20,895 nt of DNA, from positions 206,064,141 through 206,085,035 of the forward strand of contig JANKJI020000002.1 of the NCBI GenBank assembly GCA_024626585.2, written 5' to 3'. Numbering within the stretch: position 1 is the first letter of the stretch; each line of letters starts with the position of its first letter. Source of the DNA: Ginkgo biloba. Its lineage: Eukaryota; Plantae; Ginkgophyta. Positions 1 to 10,130 of this stretch are shown in pieces. The notes under the pieces were generated by a model. The model was not told the DNA's origin. It searched no databases and worked only from the letters and a program-made list of their open reading frames with translations. A program made the position numbers and the translations under genes.

Positions 1-140
1 CTAGCATTTTCCCAAATAAGAAATGAGTCTGGCCTTCTTGTTAATAAAAAATGGGATTCCCAACAAGACACTAGTAGAATCCATGGGCACTATGTCACTA
101 GTAACCTCATCAATGAACTTGTTATGTCAAAAGTTGACAA
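1..140 (-). pseudogene. pol: Ty3/gypsy chromovirus-type aspartic protease C-terminal fragment (degenerate)
   Basis: The minus strand reads KFIDEVTSDIVPMDSTSVLLGIPFFINKKA, matching the plant chromovirus protease motif FxDEVxCDVVP(M/L)DxCxxLLGxP. The DNA at 56-111 also aligns by eye with the equivalent protease segment at 2436-2491. Confidence 0.7.
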
Positions 141-552
141 ATAACCACAAATAATGCTCCAAATGATATAAAATGAAAAATAATAGAAGAATAAAAGCAA
201 TGTATCCACGAATGATCAAATATCTACATCTTAAGTCTACAATAATGCAATATGATGCTGATGTAGGAGGGGGTCAGTTGGCACTAAGGATTGAAGCCTC
301 ACATTAATGATGGATGCATCAGACGTCGATCTAGCCTACACTAATGAATGTCAATGATCCACCACTTATGTCACCGACCTTTCCCACCTTCTAGGATCTT
401 TACAGATAGACCTCGCTAATGACATCGATGAACTCCTAAAATAGAGGTCTCAATCTTATAAAATTGGTATTACCTCTCACTAAAATAAGAATTATTAAAC
501 CAATAATACCATTAATTAATAACAAGTATTTGGGCACCTCCAGAGAAATCCT

Positions 553-1195
553 TGTTAAAATAAAAATTGGGTTATACTACCCTGTTAGTTATGCTCGTCC
601 ATATGTATTAGAAGTCTTGACACAACATTATTCCATCACATACCAAAACATTCTAGGATAATGACATCACCCAAATAAATACACAAAGGCACACAAAAGT
701 AAAATCCCAATTTTTTTTTTAACTAGAGAAACCCTCTTGGGGAATAAAACTCCAGGTTCATTAGAATCAAAATATTACAAAGGCTTTTGTGGCTCTTCCT
801 CACTCTCAAAGGTTAATACATTTAATCATTAGAACATTTTTACAAATTAGGCCATTACCCCTGAACCATGAGCCACCTCTCTTGGCGAATCTACTTATCC
901 TCTAAGATTCTTCCTTAATGGTCCTTTATAGATCAAATCCTCTACTCACTTAATCAATAAACAACCCTTTAACACTCAAACTCTCTCAACTAAGCATTCA
1001 ACTATCCAACTATTTCTTTTTTGCAAGCCACATCAATTTAAGTAGCCAACCCTTTTCTCATCTGCACACTGTATTTTATAGTTGAGATTTAATGCAGGGA
1101 AAATCTCAGGGTCAAATTATAGCCAAATGGCAAATTTTTTAAAGATTAAAATTTTATTGGGGAATTCTAACATTATTTTATAAGTAACATATAGC
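553..1195 (-). mobile_element. Probable LTR fragment in reverse orientation
   Basis: Non-coding. TTTTTAACTAGAGAAACCCTCTTGGGGAATAAAACTCC (~716-753) resembles the reverse complement of the U5 region of many plant LTRs, and a reverse TATA (CCTTTATAG) lies at ~923-931. Boundaries are uncertain and there is no partner LTR. Confidence 0.35.
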
Positions 1196-1295
1196 NNNNN
1201 NNNNNNNNNNNNNNNNNNNNNNNNNNNNNNNNNNNNNNNNNNNNNNNNNNNNNNNNNNNNNNNNNNNNNNNNNNNNNNNNNNNNNNNNNNNNNNN

Positions 1296-2725
1296 TTCCC
1301 TTTAAGGCACTCTATTAGGGGTGTTATAATAGCACTGAAATTCTTGACAAACTTTCTATAGAAACTAGCCAACCCATAAAAGATTCTGACATTGGTATCA
1401 TTTATTGGCATGGGCCACTCCAAAATTGCTCTAATATTTTTTGGATCTATCTTTAGACCTTCATTAGAGATCAAAAATCCAAGGTATTTCAACTCCCTTT
1501 GGAAGAAACTGCACTTTTCCAAGTTCACATATAGTCTTTCCATTCGGAGTATAACAAAGAATTGTCTGAGATGTTGCACACGCTCTCTCTACGAGTTATT
1601 GAACACAAGGATGTCATCTAAGTAGATAACCATGCACTTGCTAATTAGTGGTTTTAACACGATGTTCATCAACCTCATGAAGGTACTAGGTGTGCATGTT
1701 GAGNNNNNNNNNNNNNNNNNNNNNNNNNNNNNNNNNNNNNNNNNNNNNNNNNNNNNNNNNNNNNNNNNNNNNNNNNNCATTCATCACCCTCTCAAATCTA
1801 GATATAGTAGTAACCACTTCTCAAATTCGATCTTGGAGAAGCATGACACTCCTATTAGGAAATCCATTATGTCATCCATTCTAGGCATAGGAAACTTATA
1901 CTTGATGGTAATTTATTTCATGGCTCTAGAATCGACACACATCCTCTAGGTGCCATCCTTCTTAGGTGCTAAAAGAGATGGAGTCACATAAGGACTTAGA
2001 CTTTCCTTGATAAAATCTTTCTCAAGCAGTTGCTGAACCTGCCAGTTAACTTTCTCATCCTCTATCAGGCTCAATCTATCAGCTACTTGGTTTGGTATAA
2101 TTGATCCAAGAATAAAATAAATATGATATAAAACACCTCTATTTGGTGATAACCCTATTGGAAGTTCATCTGAGGTCACATTGTTGTACTCCTCCTACAA
2201 TATTTTTACCTCTCTCGATAGCTCTGTTGATTTCTCCTCTTTAACATCTTTTTTAATTAACCCATAACATGCGCTTGTCATATTTACATTTCTCATGAGA
2301 TACTTGGTTGATAACACCACCTTCACTATTTCATTTTCATCTATTGGCCATAATGTAAAATGTCTCCCATTTTTTACTATAGTGTATATGTTCTATCGGC
2401 CATCATGTATCACTTGCCTGCCATACTTCCATAGTATTCCCAACAAAAAATGGCAAGCATCCATGGGCACCACGTCGCATCACACTTCATCTCTACAGAT
2501 ACCCAGTTGAATGGGTACTAAGGATCGATACTCAACAATGATTTCTCAACCCTTATTAAACCATAAAATTATATATACTGCATCTAGTCAATGTTTCCAT
2601 AGACCCATCTTTTTGAAAAACTTATCTGACACCATGTTCTTGTAGCTTCCACTATTTATAATCACATTATAGACATTATTCCCCGATATACATCTGATAG
2701 TAAAAATATTATTCCTTCGATCAAT
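1296..2725 (-). pseudogene. pol: Ty3/gypsy chromovirus (CRM-like) pol: aspartic protease and reverse transcriptase, inactivated
   Basis: Minus-strand translation across stops and frameshifts: RNNIFTIRC..NVIINSGSYKNMVS (catalytic DSG mutated to NSG, 2656-2648), CDVVPMDACHFLLG..HDGR, ESLSPYVTPSLLAPKKDGT*RMCVDSRA..KYKFPMPRMDD, STFMRLMN..VIYLDDILVF (YLDD at 1624-1613), KCSFFQRELKYLGF, FYGLASFYRKFVKNFS. It ends at the 100-N gap before RNase H. Confidence 0.95.
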
Positions 2726-2982
2726 GTTAGTATTTGTATTCATACTACAAATGTTGCTTCTCCTTCTACTTGTGAATGGTCGACAATCATCCTCCTACCT
2801 CACTTTTTATTTTCCTTTTCTCTGTTGGTATGAATCATCCCTCATGTCGACCTCCTATTTCTTACTTGATTATAATAACACCNNNNNNNNNNNNNNNNNN
2901 NNNNNNNNNNNNNNNNNNNNNNNNNNNNNNNNNNNNNNNNNNNNNNNNNNNNNNNNNNNNNNNNNNNNNNNNNNNNNNNNNN

Positions 2983-3345
2983 CCAAGAGATGTGGAAATG
3001 TCTCCCTCAATCTATCCGATGATACCCACTTAGCCTAATGTGGATATTGTCCCTTTCTTCCAACAAGAAAATAGTCTAATGAAGAAGTTCTTATCTTCTT
3101 CATTTGATGCTCAAAGATTCTATCCTTGTCCAAGGGACTAATAAAATTTGGTATGATGGCATATAGATGTTGAGGTGTCTCCTCAAGCTCATGTAGCAAA
3201 GGAGGCTCATATAACTTGAGTTTGTCCACAAGAAACACATGATGAAGTCCCATATAAGGTGGCAAGTCGAGGTAGAAAGCATTGCCTCCATACTACTCCA
3301 CTATGCTGTAAGGACCATATCTAAGAGGCTTCTTCTTACTCTCCT
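2983..3345 (-). pseudogene. pol: Ty3/gypsy chromovirus integrase C-terminus (GPY/F module) plus chromodomain-like tail
   Basis: The minus strand reads KKKPLRYGPYSIVE*YGGNAFYLDLPPYMGLHHVFLVDKLKLY (GPY at 3316-3308), then DRIFEHQMKKIRTSSLDYFLVGRKGQYPH*AKWVSSDRLRETFPHLL, which has the chromodomain-like Y/FLVxxKG..xW..FP pattern. Confidence 0.88.
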
Positions 3346-3382
3346 TCTGATGCAAGAGCATCACTATAGCACTTTGAGGAGG

Positions 3383-4025
3383 TGTATAAATTTTATAAAA
3401 TTTTAAGAGTCGATATAACAACACTTTGATAATCCTAATCATTGTAGGTTTGGGTGTATAGGGAAGTATTCAATATCCCAACTATCAAGCAACAAAAGGA
3501 ACCACAAAAGATAGACAACACCTGGCCAAGGGGAGCCGTTGCAATGCATTAATGGTAGGAGCCATTGAAGGATAATGGATTCTCACCAACCAAGTCGTTG
3601 GAGGAGACATTCACTCCTAAGAATTTGAATGAAGCATATAATCTCAAAGAGAAGAAGGAGAATGGGTTAATTCATTGAGGAACTAAGAGGTTGGTTGATT
3701 AGAAGAGGGGAGAGGTGAATTCACAGACAAATTAGAATGTCGAAAGAGAAAGGAGGCAATCATAGAAAGGGGTGAAGGAGAAGGAGAAGAATACTAAAGT
3801 GAAGTGAGGAATGGCTATTAGAGAAGAATCATAAGAGAGATCGTAAGCTAGAGAAAAAATAGAGTAACTAGTATAAGGTATTTCTATGCATAAAGATACC
3901 TAGTGAAAATACCTAGAGGAGAACACCTGAAAAACTACTAAACTAGAGGTGGTCAAAAGAGGGATTGAGGATATTTCTAAGTGGAAGCTAGTTGGGTAGA
4001 GCCTGAGTAGATCCTTTAATGGAGA
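3383..4025 (+). mobile_element. Possible LTR fragment (purine-rich, non-coding)
   Basis: A PPT-like TTGAGGAGG is directly followed by TGT at 3383, close to where the integrase homology stops. The interior is GA-rich and ends at a 100-N gap. There is no second LTR to confirm it. Confidence 0.3.
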
Positions 4026-4125
4026 NNNNNNNNNNNNNNNNNNNNNNNNNNNNNNNNNNNNNNNNNNNNNNNNNNNNNNNNNNNNNNNNNNNNNNNNNNN
4101 NNNNNNNNNNNNNNNNNNNNNNNNN

Positions 4126-4660
4126 CCTAGTCTTGGCTCGCAGTAGGATTATGAGGCAGTTAATTTTAGCAACTCGAGATTTTTTGTTTTGCCTTTTCTT
4201 TTCCTTCTTTCGGTGGGTTGTCATGATCCGAGGACATTGTATTACTGTTAATTAAGCAAGAAATATACAGTGGGTCTCGAGGTACGTCTTACATTGTTTT
4301 GAGCCACTCCAGCGCAATATACCCCTCTACCTATTTCAGCTTCCGATGAACGACAATTCATGTTCTTATAAGCAGCGGCTCAGGAATTTAAAACGTGTCT
4401 GGGTGGGGTCAACAGACAGTGGCATGCAATCCTGCATGCTTAGCTTCTATAATTTGATATTTCAAGGCAGAGAATAAACTCTAAAAAGCATATACAAAGA
4501 TACGCTTTGACGTTGCATATCGTGCATTCAGAGAATATACTTATCATGACAGTCCACCATTAAAGTAAAGATTTCCTTTCTTAGAGTACGGTCCCATGGT
4601 ATAGGATACAATATAGGGCAAGATTAAAATTTAAGTAGCGACGGGTCACATGAAATGTAG
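4126..4660. promoter_or_regulatory. CpG/CHG-retaining non-TE island with a plant TF-motif cluster (candidate enhancer or conserved non-coding sequence)
   Basis: 17 CpG counted in ~530 bp, versus about 4 in the ~1.3-kb copia RT/RH. Motifs: GTGGGTC 4270-4276, ACGTGTC 4393-4399, GTGGGGTC 4403-4410, CATGCA 4423-4428 and TGCATG 4433-4438, TGACGT 4508-4513, GTACGG 4586-4591, GGTCCCAT 4590-4597. Function is inferred only. Confidence 0.45.
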
Positions 4661-5323
4661 AAGTTTATGTTGTAATTTAAATTTTACAAAACTACGAGTG
4701 ATTGGAGCTTTTTTTTATTTTTTTTGTAAAATAAGGGATTAGCTTTTTCTTTTACAATTCAGTGGGTTTTTTATTTACAACTATTTAGTAACATTGATAG
4801 TCTCCTTGCAAAATATCATTATTTGATTCCATGTAAAAATAATTAAGATTCAACAATTCTTTACTATTAAATAGAATTTTATGTGGTCAGAATGGGGGTC
4901 ACAAGTTTTTAAAATTGTGGTGTAGAGGAACATTGGCTTTCCTATTCCATGTGACCATACTTTTATTGTGCTCTTTTAACTCTTGCAAAATCATAATATA
5001 ATTTAATTCCACGTGGTGGACACTCACATGGACATTAATTCCCTTCAAATGATTTTCTTTTCAAAATTACATATTCATTTCGAGACTTCCCTAAGGTTCA
5101 ATCTAAGATTTACATCGTGTTATTCCAACTCTTTGCCTACACTCATGGGTGGAATCCTTATCTTTTATAACATGTATTTAAAAGGGTGAAATCTTATATT
5201 TACAACATTTTTCGAATGCATGCTTTGCATTTTTTCCATAAGATTTAAAACATTTATCCATTAACTCCTTTTCGCAAAGTCAAGTCGTGGACTTAGTCAA
5301 TCAAAGGCCAACTTTCAAATAGA

Positions 5324-6175
5324 CACTATTACATATTGGGGGCAACAATAGTATATAATATGGTGGTTAATGAATTGGTGCAAAATGTGTTGTTATTACT
5401 ATTACATTTGAGCATAAATCACGATACATTGGTAGCACATTTGTTATATGAAATTGCATTTAAAAAATAAATGAAAATGTCACGCCAATATGCTATAAAT
5501 GTCTTTTAAGCATATTATTGTATAAACTATCATAAAATGAAACAACAAATATTGCAATGCATCACTATATATATTTACATGCAGTAAAATCCCACAATAT
5601 GTGACATCTATAAATGCGTGGCGAAGAATGTGTCACAAAGCACTATATACATTCTTAATATGACATCATACATGTTATCTCATAGAGACATGTGATAAGC
5701 TACAACATGCCACGTGGCATAATGTGGCCATCATTTAACCTACCATATGTCCCCATTTGTTAACACATGGCAAGTGTTATTATGTAGCATGGCACTACAT
5801 GGAAATGTTATAAGTTGCCACCACCACTACATATAAGAGACAATAACGACATTTAAATGCAACAATTATATAATTGCTCCAAATGTGCCACTATGCTTCA
5901 TAAATATGCTACAAAGTGGCATATAATCATGCTTATAAATTTTCATAGACATTTGACAAAATTTTGGAAGCCTACACATGTGCCATAATGCATCCAATTC
6001 ATTCTTTTCAAATTTGGTCAAAGTGAGAACTACGACAACATTTCCTACATTACAACACACGATATTTTCAATTGTTGTCTAACTAGGGCATACTGCACAA
6101 TGCACCTCATTGCAACACATTTCAATTTTTTATATTTTATGACAGTGTGACCTACTACAGTATGTGCTGCAATAT
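5324..6175 (+). mobile_element. CACTA (En/Spm)-like DNA transposon termini: two degenerate direct copies (5324, 5822) with subterminal repeats
   Basis: CACTATTACATATTGGGGGCAACAATAG (5324) and CACCACTACATATAAGAGACAATAACGA (5822) are 18/28 identical, and 9 of the 10 differences are transitions. The same 498-bp offset holds for AAATGTGTTGTTAT (5383) and AAATGTGCCACTAT (5881). There are many short GCAAC/GTTG/GTGGCA motifs in both orientations. The far end is lost in the N gap. Confidence 0.55.
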
Positions 6176-7957
6176 NNNNNNNNNNNNNNNNNNNNNNNNN
6201 NNNNNNNNNNNNNNNNNNNNNNNNNNNNNNNNNNNNNNNNNNNNNNNNNNNNNNNNNNNNNNNNNNNNNNNNNNNNNNNNNNNNNNNNNNNNNNNNNNNN
6301 NNNNNNNNNNNNNNNNNNNNNNNNNNNNNNNNNNNNNNNNNNNNNNNNNNNNNNNNNNNNNNNNNNNNNNNNNNNNNNNNNNNNNNNNNNNNNNNNNNNN
6401 NNNNNNNNNNNNNNNNNNNNNNNNNNNNNNNNNNNNNNNNNNNNNNNNNNNNNNNNNNNNNNNNNNNNNNNNNNNNNNNNNNNNNNNNNNNNNNNNNNNN
6501 NNNNNNNNNNNNNNNNNNNNNNNNNNNNNNNNNNNNNNNNNNNNNNNNNNNNNNNNNNNNNNNNNNNNNNNNNNNNNNNNNNNNNNNNNNNNNNNNNNNN
6601 NNNNNNNNNNNNNNNNNNNNNNNNNNNNNNNNNNNNNNNNNNNNNNNNNNNNNNNNNNNNNNNNNNNNNNNNNNNNNNNNNNNNNNNNNNNNNNNNNNNN
6701 NNNNNNNNNNNNNNNNNNNNNNNNNNNNNNNNNNNNNNNNNNNNNNNNNNNNNNNNNNNNNNTCCTTTTGTAATTTTAGACTAATAATGAATGATTTTTT
6801 TTTTTTTTGTTATCCCTATTTTATTACACATTCATGGATGACCTTTATTTCTATTCTACATTCTTTATGATTATATGGTATTTTGCCAAGATATTTAATG
6901 AATGTTAATTCTTGACCTTTGACTTACCATTAGGAGGAGGTCTTAAGCACGGCAAAGAAGTTCCAATGATGGAGGAACAAATCAATAACTAAGCAACAAA
7001 GAAGAGTACTATAGCAAAGGATGAAATGATCTATAAAAAATCATACTAAGGTCCGACTATGAAGAAGATAACTAATAATAATAGCAAGGACATAGTTTTA
7101 TAAAGTATAAACCAAAAACTTAACTCTATGGGTTTGGCAAAGAAAAATCCTATATGTAATAAGCTAACATTTTATATAATTACATCTATTAAATTTCATT
7201 GTTCTTCCTCTCGAGTTTTGGGATTCTTTCCTTAATATATTGTAGTGCGAATGATTAATTAAAGACCATGCAATTCTAATCTCATTCTTGTTTTATTTCC
7301 TTCTCTACTAACTCTCACTATTGCTCTCTTTTTATCATATAAATATGACCTAGGATAATCACAAGAATAAATTTTGGTTAATAAAGAAATATTCTGCTAA
7401 CTCGACTCATGGGAGTGTTGGCATAATTTTATGTACTAGTGATGGAAATGAGTATGACCATATGCTTGAGAGTAATGTTATCATAAGATAGAAATAGATA
7501 AAAAGATGAAATTCCTCTACTATTATGAGGGGGGTATCCCTAATTATAAAATATTAAGAATATAGAAGTGGGGATGTTATCTATAGTGGGTATTNNNNNN
7601 NNNNNNNNNNNNNNNNNNNNNNNNNNNNNNNNNNNNNNNNNNNNNNNNNNAGAGAAATACAAGGGGAAAATAAATCTACTATTAATCCCCTTAGATAGAG
7701 TGTCAATAGTTTAGGCACTAACAATATAGCAAGGTGGTGTAATAAAGAGAATAACAACAATAAAAAATAAATGATTAAGAATTATTTAACTCTAAACACC
7801 CTCTTAAGGATTGTCTCAATGATATAAAGGAGGTCCTTTAGGTACTTTAAGCCTTCANNNNNNNNNNNNNNNNNNNNNNNNNNNNNNNNNNNNNNNNNNN
7901 NNNNNNNNNNNNNNNNNNNNNNNNNNNNNNNNNNNNNNNNNNNNNNNNNNNNNNNNN

Positions 7958-8160
7958 TTCAATCCCTACATTATTTATAATCACACTATGGCTTCTATGA
8001 ATTTGTCCCTTATTAATACCATATTGAAGTAGGATGAACCATCAGGAAGGTATGATAGGTGGTTAGTGAAGATTTAATAATTTATTATGGCTTTCAAAAC
8101 CATTAATATTATAAAGGAATAAGGGTTGTGAAATTGATTGCCAAATCTTAGGATGATAAT
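7958..8160 (+). pseudogene. pol: Ty3/gypsy non-chromovirus (Tat-like) RNase H C-terminal fragment
   Basis: Reads PYIIYNHT..ILK*DEPSGRYDRWLVKI**FIMAFKTINIIKE*GL, matching the pattern GRxxxWxxKIQEFxxxxKxxxxIKGQGL of Tat-type RNase H. Confidence 0.75.
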
Positions 8161-8239
8161 CTAATAAAGTTAAGAAAGGAGGAAGACCCACAATACGAAG
8201 AACCACTCAATTTATTATTTTTGAATGAAGATGAATCAA

Positions 8240-9045
8240 AATATTACCCTTTCTTACAAGATGTAATGAGATAATTAATTCATGGAGTTTTCCCAAATGT
8301 CCTTGACAAGAAGACCAAGATATCTCTAAAGTTGAAGGTAATGTCATACATCTTGTTGAAAAGTCAATTTTAATAAATAATATATGATGGCACCCTTCTC
8401 ATATTCATTGACATTATAAAGGTTCTTTATTCCTTAGATGATTTACATGTTGGTGTATGTGGTGGTAATTTCCCTATAGATACAACCACTCACATAAACA
8501 TAAGAACAAGGTATTTTTGGCTTACCATGTTCAAAGATGACTTTCCAAAAGGTCAAAAGTTATGTTGCATTTCAAAATTTTGGAGGTAAATAGAATCTAT
8601 TGGCCATGTCATTGCATTCCATTCATGATNNNNNNNNNNNNAAGTGGGTATTAAAATTTATTGGCCCCATCAATCCAAATTCTATTAAAGGCCACAAATT
8701 TATTCTCATTACAATAGATTATTTCACCAGATGGTTAGAGGAAATACTGATAAATCATGCCATAATAATAGTGGTAATAGAATTCTTAGAACACATAATC
8801 ATTATCAATTTAGAGTACTTACAACCTTCGTATCTAATAATGGTCCATCCTTTCTAGTAACTGACATGATAGATTTCAACAAAAGGTATGGAATCTTCCT
8901 ATCCTATCATCAAACTATTATCTATGAGGGAATGAATTGGATGAAGTGACAAATAAAAATACTATCAGAATCATAAAGAGGTCCATTAAATAAAATGAAA
9001 AGGAATGACATATTAAACTCCATCAAGCCTTATGGTTTTTGACCC
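8240..9045 (+). pseudogene. pol: Ty3/gypsy Tat-like integrase (HHCC zinc finger and rve core), degenerate and 3' truncated
   Basis: Reads LHVGVCGGNF..TTTHINIRTRYFWLTMFKD, KWVLKFIGPINPNSIKGHKFILITIDYFTRWLE, FVSNNGPSF (SDNG motif), SSNYYL*GNELDEVTNK..IRIIK..HIKLHQALW. Multiple stops and frameshifts. Confidence 0.92.
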
Positions 9046-9329
9046 ATAAATGGGCCCTTATGATTTTCCTTTCTAAGTACCCAAGGAGATGCGATGTTCA
9101 AAGATGAAGTCCAAATTAAAAGTTAAAGGAGTTCTTTGAGAAAAAATGAATATGAATAAAATACTAAGTAACACCCTAACAATCATCATGACTATAAGGT
9201 TCTAGAAGAACTTTACACTTTAGGGATTAAGGGTTGAAATTCAAAGTATTAAGTTTCAAAGATCCATATTATGAAGACAAAGCCTAGTATGCTATCTACC
9301 TAAATAAATATAAAAAAGAATAAAACTTG

Positions 9330-10130
9330 AGGAAATAAAATAAGGTATTTAGAGGTTTGGATTTTAGGTTTTAGGTTTTAGTGAAGATGTCTCAAAAAAA
9401 TCATCAAATGATGTGAACCCAAAATTCATTTAAAAGATGTTAAGGAAAGTTAAATTTTAATTGATAGATGAATTCATTAGAGGTTCAAGTTTTAGATTTT
9501 AGGTAAATTAAAAGTAGTGGATAAACTAAGTCTTTGGTTTATGGATATATGTACCCAAAATAGCAATTAAAGTGAGTTAATTAAAAATCTCAAGTCTAGT
9601 AGTACTAAGTACAAATGTAGTCATTCAGGAATTCACAAAGATTTGTTACTTTTTGTAATGTCTTAAAGTAGGTCTTAAGCTTATACACTTGATGAGGGAA
9701 TAAGTTAATAATAACATGATACTTAGGTCCANNNNNNNNNNNNNNNNACACTTTTTAGAGTTTTAGGCTTTCATACTTTAAAGATATGCTAAGTGATCAA
9801 ACACTACTATGGACCTCAACACAGATTCATTTCTAATTGATAAAATGGAATATGAATTTATTAAGGTTTTAAGTTTTTAATTTTAGGATGAAGAAGAAAT
9901 CTTATCCACCTCTCTCTCCATAGACCTAAATGGAATATAAAACATCAAAGATGCACATCCAGATTTAAATAAGGATGGATTTTAGATTTTGATNNNNNNN
10001 NNNNNNNNNNNNNNGGATTAAACATGCTTTGCTCAACCAATAGACCCAAAGATTAATATATTAGATTTGATAGGTTGTTGATAGGAATTTTAATAATTCA
10101 TAATTTTATATTTTAGGATTATTGAGATGA
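9330..10130 (+). repeat. Highly degenerate ~115-135 bp tandem repeat containing TTTTAGG-like motifs
   Basis: Recurrent (AGGTTT)..TTTTAGRTTTTAGG blocks lie near 9350-9381, 9480-9503, 9752-9770, 9864-9888, 9977-9991 and 10103-10118. Most are followed ~50 bp later by a GACCY-AAA-like motif (9415, 9551, 9811, 9922, 10042). Confidence 0.5.

Noticed and set aside
500-511. ..AATAATACCA as a reverse tRNA-Met PBS (GCTCTGATACCA)
   Set aside because: Only ATACCA matches, and it does not abut a clear LTR terminus.
1392-3038. Plus-strand ORFs at 1392, 1632, 1690, 2295, 2724 and 2776
   Set aside because: They are antisense shadows of the minus-strand gypsy pol or span gaps, with no independent protein features.
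4282-4339. Possible 58-nt intron (AG|GTACGT ... CTATTTCAG|) within the island
   Set aside because: It is shorter than typical plant introns, not U-rich, and no coherent reading frame results. Only RNA-seq could revive it.
4566-4576. TAAAGATTTCC, reminiscent of U5 snRNA sequence next to loop 1
   Set aside because: The invariant GCCTTTTAC loop, the stem, the Sm site and a USE/TATA promoter are all absent.
5589-5614. ATCCCACA followed by TATAAA, resembling a plant snRNA/telomerase-RNA USE-TATA promoter
   Set aside because: The USE is incomplete (consensus RTCCCACATCG), the spacing to TATA is too short, it lies in TE-like repeats, and no snRNA or CTAAACCCT template follows.
7231-7247. CTTAATATATTGTAGTG as the right TIR of the CACTA-like element
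   Set aside because: Only the terminal ~6 bp match, no subterminal repeats precede it, and the 3-bp flank (CGA) does not match the left flanks exactly.
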